A stretch of DNA of 32,000 nucleotides from Faecalibaculum rodentium. GTDB lineage: Bacteria; Bacillota_I; Bacilli_A; Erysipelotrichales; Erysipelotrichaceae. Shown here piece by piece: positions 24,531-32,000 of the stretch; within the stretch, counting starts at the first letter, position 1, and every line of letters starts with the position of its first letter. Below the pieces are notes generated by a model, which did no database searches, was not told where the DNA came from, and worked only from the letters and a program-made list of their open reading frames with translations. Location of the stretch: NCBI RefSeq assembly GCF_001564455.1, contig NZ_CP011391.1, positions 1,620,001 through 1,652,000 on the forward strand. The letters run 5' to 3'. The position numbers and the translations under genes were made by a program.

Positions 24531-25869
24531 GACTCGTTTCCTCCAGAATTTCCTCCATGCCGGCGGCGACATCAAACATCATCTGTTCCGCAAAGGGCTT
24601 TGCGGCGATTTCCACCGCAAAGGGCAGGCCGTTCTCCCGGCCCATGGGCAGAACCATGGACGGATAGCCGGTGAAGTTTGCCAGCTGCATGTGCTCTTCC
24701 ACAAATTCGTCCTGGCCGAAACGCACATCACTGCTTTCCTCGAGCAGCGGGGCCACTGTCGGCGCAGCGGGACAGATCACTGCATCCACGCCGTCGAACA
24801 TCTGCGCATAGGCATCGGAAATCAGCCGGCGGATCTTCTGAGCCTTCCGGAACAGGCGGTCCTGGTTTTCTTCAAACAGAGAATAGGAACCGATGACAAA
24901 CCGGGCACGGACATAGCTGGAGAATCCCGCGGTCCGGGAGGCAGTCATGACATCCTCCACACTCTCCCCGGGTTTGCGGACGCCGAAACGGATGCCGTCC
25001 AGGTTGGAGTGGTTGGCGGCGGCTTCACTGTTGGCAATGGTCTTGTACACCGGGGCAATGAGGTTCATCAGCTGCTCAGGCATGGATACGTGCCCGATCT
25101 TCGCGCCGGCGGCTTCCATCTTCTTCACCAGGTCTGCAAAGGCCTGGCGGATCACGGGATCCTGCACGGCATCCGCCACAGTGTCGAACACTGCAATGGT
25201 CTTCCCTTCCAGCGAGGGATCCAGTTCGGCTTCATAGTGGCCAACGGGTTCCAGGCTGCTGGTCATGTCATGGTCATCGCGTCCGGCAAGAATCTCCAGG
25301 GCTGCGGCTGCATCCCGGACTGTGGTGGTGAAATATCCTACATGATCCAGGCTCGAGGCATAGGGAATGATCCCGTACCGGGAGATCCGCCCATAGGTGG
25401 GCTTGACGCCGATTACGCCGTTGTAGCTCGCGGGCTTCCGTACAGAATCTCCCGTGTCAGACCCGATGGCCAGCGGTGCAGCCTGTCTGGCTGCCAGGAC
25501 GGCACTGCCACCGGAGGAACCGCCAGAAATCCGGTCGTGGTCCCAGGCATTGTGCACGGGTCCGGTCGCCGCATTGCGGTTGGTCCCGCCCATGCCAAGT
25601 TCGTCCATACTGGCTTTGGCCACCGGCGTGAATCCGGCTTCCTTCAGCTTCGTGACAATCGTCGCATCATACACAGGCACGTAGTTGTCCAGGATCTTGC
25701 TGCTGGCCGTGGTGCGGATCCCCTTCGTGCTGATGTTGTCCTTCAGGATCACGGGAATGCCCGTTTCCGGCGCATCGTCGATCACGGTGACCGCCGCATT
25801 GAGCTCCGGCTGCAGGTCATGGATGCGCCGCAGGCTTTCCTGCACGCTGACAGTCTGTTCAAAGGCCAT
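24523..25869 (-). CDS. gatA: Asp-tRNA(Asn)/Glu-tRNA(Gln) amidotransferase subunit A (amidase signature family)
   Basis: Carries KDNISTKG, GGSSGGSA and GSDTGDSVRKPAS amidase-signature blocks. At 448 aa it is a compact form compared with Bacillus-type GatA. Confidence 0.92.
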   Translation of the reverse strand: MAFEQTVSVQESLRRIHDLQPELNAAVTVIDDAPETGIPVILKDNISTKGIRTTASSKILDNYVPVYDATIVTKLKEAGFTPVAKASMDELGMGGTNRNAATGPVHNAWDHDRISGGSSGGSAVLAARQAAPLAIGSDTGDSVRKPASYNGVIGVKPTYGRISRYGIIPYASSLDHVGYFTTTVRDAAAALEILAGRDDHDMTSSLEPVGHYEAELDPSLEGKTIAVFDTVADAVQDPVIRQAFADLVKKMEAAGAKIGHVSMPEQLMNLIAPVYKTIANSEAAANHSNLDGIRFGVRKPGESVEDVMTASRTAGFSSYVRARFVIGSYSLFEENQDRLFRKAQKIRRLISDAYAQMFDGVDAVICPAAPTVAPLLEESSDVRFGQDEFVEEHMQLANFTGYPSMVLPMGRENGLPFAVEIAAKPFAEQMMFDVAAGMEEILEETSHE

Positions 25870-25870
25870 G

Positions 25871-26164
25871 CTATTTCACCACCTTCGGGACATGCACGTG
25901 ACCCATGCGGACATCGTCGGCATTGGCCAGCGCCTCCTTCTGGTCCAGGGTTTCGTTTTCCACGTCTTCCCGCAGGAAGACAGTCGGTGTCTCAAAGGGC
26001 CAGATCATGGGTTCCACACCCTCGGTGTCCACCTGCTCAAACAGATGCACCTGGGCTTCCACTGCTTCGAAGTCCTTCTTCAGGGCCTCGATCTCCTCAT
26101 CCGTCAGACTGAACTTCAGGTCCGAAGCCAGTTTGCGGAAGTATTCCGTACTGAATTTCTCCAT
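25871..26164 (-). CDS. gatC: Asp-tRNA(Asn)/Glu-tRNA(Gln) amidotransferase subunit C
   Basis: 97 aa immediately upstream of gatA (1-nt gap) with a GatC-like core (LSLTDEEIE...VDTEGVEPM). Confidence 0.85.
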   Translation of the reverse strand: MEKFSTEYFRKLASDLKFSLTDEEIEALKKDFEAVEAQVHLFEQVDTEGVEPMIWPFETPTVFLREDVENETLDQKEALANADDVRMGHVHVPKVVK

Positions 26165-26182
26165 AAGATTCCTTTCGTTGCC

Positions 26183-29240
<3,058 letters not shown>

Positions 29241-29250
29241 TCAGCCACCG

Positions 29251-31401
29251 TTATCCTTTCACCTTCTGCAACGAAGGATGGTGCATGTTCAGTTTCCGCA
29301 CCCCGTTGGGATGGCCGAAGGCCACCGACACAATGTCTTTCTGCACATCCGTGACCACCCCGGCGCCGTAGACTGTATGCTCCACATGGTCTCCCTTCCG
29401 CAGCCTGGTCGTGGGCTTTGGCGCACGACCGCGCGATTTCCGGCTCTGTCCCTGCGGACTTTTGTGCACCGGGTAGTTGTCCAGCGGGGTCGATTCCTGC
29501 TTCACATAGTCCTCCGGGATCTCCTGGATGAACCGGCTCGGGGTCTTGTGCCTGTCCAGCTGGAAGCTGTAGCCGCTGTTCCAGGACAGGTACAGGGCCT
29601 TCTTTGCCCGGGTCATGGCCACATACATCAGCCGGCGCTCTTCCTCCAGCCCGTCCCGGCCGGCTTCTTCCATGGCCCGCAGGGAGGGAAACACCCCTTC
29701 GTTCAGGCCCACGATGTGCACCTGTTCAAACTCCAGACCCTTGGCGGCGTGCACCGTCATCAGCGACACGGCATTGCCCGCTTCCTCGTCCCGGTCCGTG
29801 AACAGGCTCAGGTCCTGGAGATATTCCTCCAGGGTGAGGTCCGGGTTTTCCTGCAGAGCCTGCCGGATGTCAGCCTGCAGTTCCTCGATGTTCTCTTCCC
29901 TGTCTTCTTCCCGGGTGTCCTTGAGCATGGCCATGTATCCGGAATCAAAGGCCATGCGCATCATGAGTTCATCCAGCGGCACGCTTGCCCGCAGAGATTT
30001 CATTTCATCCACCAGCTCCACGAAGGGGGCGAACTTTTTCGCCGCCGCACCGGAGACTGTCTGGGGATCGCGCAGGACCTCCAGCAGGTTCAGGCCGCGG
30101 TCCGCTGCCTCCTTCTGGAGTTTTTCTACGGTCCGGGCGCCGATCCCGCGTCGGGGCACATTGATGACGCGCATCACCGCCAGGTCCAGGGACTTCTGTG
30201 CCGGATCTTCCGGATCGGGCTCCGTGATCAGCTTCAGGTAGGACAGCATGTCCTTGATCTCCTGCCGCTCATAGAACCGGATCCCGCCATAGATGCGGTA
30301 CGGGATCCGCAGCTTTCCCAGCACCCGTTCAATCCCCCGGGAGAGGTAGTTGCTGCGGTAGAGCACCGCGATGTCCCGGTACTCCAGGCCCTCTTTCCGG
30401 GCCCTGGTGATGTCCCGGGCCACCTGCAGCGGTTCCTGGGATTCATCCTGTGCCTGGAATGTCTCGATTTTCCGGTCTGATTCAATGCTGGAAAAGAGGT
30501 CTTTCTCAATGCGGCCGTGATTGTGCGCGATCAGCGCGTTGGCAGCATCCAGGATGGTCTGTGACGAGCGGTAGTTCTCGTTGAGGATCACCGTGCGGGT
30601 ATTGGGGAAATCCCGGGCGAAGTTCAGGATGATGTCCACCGCCGCTCCCCGCCAGGTGTAAATGGTCTGGTCCGGGTCGCCCACCACGCACAGGAACGCA
30701 TCCGGGCGCTTGAGAAGCCGGATGATGTCATACTGAACCGGGTCCACGTCCTGGAATTCATCCACATGAATGTAGTCCAGGCGGTTCTGCCACTTGTCCC
30801 GCACTTCCTGATTTGTGCCAAGCAGGTGCCGGGTCTTGAGCAGCAGGTCATCGAAATCCATGGCTTTCATGTCCTCAAGCTGCCGTTCATAGAGTTCATA
30901 GGCTTTGGCTTCCGGGCCGTCGGTCTGGTCCTGCGCTTCTTCCGGGGAGTACCCGGCGGTTTTCCAGCCGGAAATCTTTCCCAGGACTGCGGATGGCGGA
31001 AACGTGGTGCGGTCCATGTCCAGTTCCTTATATATAGTGCGCAGCATGGACTTCTGGTCGTCGCCATCCAGGATCGTGAAGTTCTTCGGATAGCCGATGG
31101 CGGACGCATCCTCCCGGAGAATCCGGACACAGAGGGAGTGGATCGTGGAGATCCGGACATCCCTGGCTGCGTCCTGCAGCAGAGTCTGCAGGCGTTCCTT
31201 CATTTCCCGGGCGGCTTTGTTGGTAAAGGTTATCGCAAGGATCCGCCAGGGGAGGATCCCGTTGTCGACGAGACTGGCAATGCGTGCCATGAGCATCCGG
31301 GTCTTGCCGGACCCCGCCCCGGCAATGATCCGGACATCCTTGTCCAGTGTCAGGGCTGCTTCTTTCTGCGGGGCATTGAGGGAATCGATTACAGAGCTCA
31401 T
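29251..31401 (-). CDS. pcrA: ATP-dependent DNA helicase PcrA (UvrD/Rep superfamily 1)
   Basis: Walker A AGAGSGKT, motif II VDEFQD, and TVHAAKGLEF. Start moved from 31440 to the ATG at 31401 (MSSVIDSLNAPQKEA...), which is preceded by AGAGGTGA. Confidence 0.93.
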   Translation of the reverse strand: MSSVIDSLNAPQKEAALTLDKDVRIIAGAGSGKTRMLMARIASLVDNGILPWRILAITFTNKAAREMKERLQTLLQDAARDVRISTIHSLCVRILREDASAIGYPKNFTILDGDDQKSMLRTIYKELDMDRTTFPPSAVLGKISGWKTAGYSPEEAQDQTDGPEAKAYELYERQLEDMKAMDFDDLLLKTRHLLGTNQEVRDKWQNRLDYIHVDEFQDVDPVQYDIIRLLKRPDAFLCVVGDPDQTIYTWRGAAVDIILNFARDFPNTRTVILNENYRSSQTILDAANALIAHNHGRIEKDLFSSIESDRKIETFQAQDESQEPLQVARDITRARKEGLEYRDIAVLYRSNYLSRGIERVLGKLRIPYRIYGGIRFYERQEIKDMLSYLKLITEPDPEDPAQKSLDLAVMRVINVPRRGIGARTVEKLQKEAADRGLNLLEVLRDPQTVSGAAAKKFAPFVELVDEMKSLRASVPLDELMMRMAFDSGYMAMLKDTREEDREENIEELQADIRQALQENPDLTLEEYLQDLSLFTDRDEEAGNAVSLMTVHAAKGLEFEQVHIVGLNEGVFPSLRAMEEAGRDGLEEERRLMYVAMTRAKKALYLSWNSGYSFQLDRHKTPSRFIQEIPEDYVKQESTPLDNYPVHKSPQGQSRKSRGRAPKPTTRLRKGDHVEHTVYGAGVVTDVQKDIVSVAFGHPNGVRKLNMHHPSLQKVKG

Positions 31402-31420
31402 TTTCTTATCACCTCTGTCC

Positions 31421-31450
31421 AGTATACTATTCTGCGGCAAACTCAGGCAA
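31421..31450 (-). promoter_or_regulatory. Candidate promoter of the pcrA-ligA-camS-gatCAB cluster
   Basis: Minus strand: TTGCCT (31450-31445), 18-nt spacer, TATACT (31426-31421). Confidence 0.35.
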
Positions 31451-31489
31451 TTGCCCGTATGCGACAGACAGCCATCCGGACAGCGAATA

Positions 31490-31924
31490 TCAGTGCCCGC
31501 GTGTCTGTGTCCGGCGCTCTTCGAACCGGTCCATGATGTCCTGCAGACTCACCTGTGCCATGCGGGACTCAAAGGCGTTCTGCAGGGCATCATACTGCTC
31601 CTGCAGGGCATACTGGATGTGGACACCTTCCCGGCAGTCGGGATTGGTGTGGGTATCCAGATGGAGCAGCGGCGTTTCGTGTTCCATGATCCGGTAAATG
31701 TCCAGCAGCGAGATCTCGCCGGGTGCCCTCAAAAGGACCGGATCCGCTTTCCCGCGACAGGAAGACAGGAGTCCGCCGTTGCGCAGCTGACTCATCAGCT
31801 TGCGGATATGGGCCGGGCTGCTGGCGGTGCTCTTTGCCAGCGCCTGACTGGACAGGTTGCCCTCATGCAGAGCGATCAGGACAAGAATGTGGACGGCATC
31901 AGCCGTTCGTGTGGAATACTGCAT
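31490..31924 (-). CDS. Rrf2 family transcriptional regulator
   Basis: MQYSTRTADAVHILVLIA...LSSQALAKSTASSPAHIRKLMSQLRNGGLL is an Rrf2-type wHTH. Start moved to the ATG at 31924, 6 nt after GGAGG; the ORF-track TTG start contains that SD. Confidence 0.8.
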   Translation of the reverse strand: MQYSTRTADAVHILVLIALHEGNLSSQALAKSTASSPAHIRKLMSQLRNGGLLSSCRGKADPVLLRAPGEISLLDIYRIMEHETPLLHLDTHTNPDCREGVHIQYALQEQYDALQNAFESRMAQVSLQDIMDRFEERRTQTRGH

Positions 31925-32000
31925 ACACGACCTCCGGTTCAATAAGTTGTATTCGTTACGATTACATGATAGTCTGTTTCCGAAAAGAAGGTACCATGAA

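Overview
GC-rich Firmicutes-type chromosomal window (Bacilli/Erysipelotrichia-like gene order), almost entirely core or housekeeping. I found no mobile element, CRISPR array, integrase or recognisable defence/toxin module, and no clear novel multi-gene system. Left to right: kdpB (partial) and kdpA (-); rhodanese (+); a KefG/YwrO-like flavodoxin-fold oxidoreductase with no canonical start codon (+); a frameshifted CDF metal exporter (-); two tandem tRNA-Leu genes (-); a Cof-type HAD phosphatase (+); rlmD (-); a marR plus heterodimeric ABC exporter operon (+); a lipoprotein alpha/beta hydrolase (+); about 530 nt of unassigned DNA ending in an unusually long terminator; an OmpR-type response regulator and multi-TM histidine kinase (+); a more AT-rich islet with a homopolymer-disrupted small Cys-rich ORF; a 72-aa protein and a P-type cation ATPase (-) preceded by what I read as a yybP-ykoY (Mn2+) riboswitch with its own terminator; an S51-like protein and a GNAT (-); then one tight minus-strand cluster, Rrf2 regulator, pcrA-ligA-camS-gatC-gatA-gatB and a membrane-anchored hypothetical protein. 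Most worth a second look: (1) the riboswitch-controlled ATPase; (2) three independent gene lesions (ATG->ACG start, 1-nt frameshift, A8 tract), meaning either gene decay or consensus errors; (3) the orphan region at 13724-14255; (4) a 40-codon single-TM ORF with a perfect inverted repeat directly upstream of, and overlapping, the two-component system. Several ORF-track starts were moved to downstream SD-associated ATGs. The many long ORFs antisense to real genes are treated as GC-driven artefacts.
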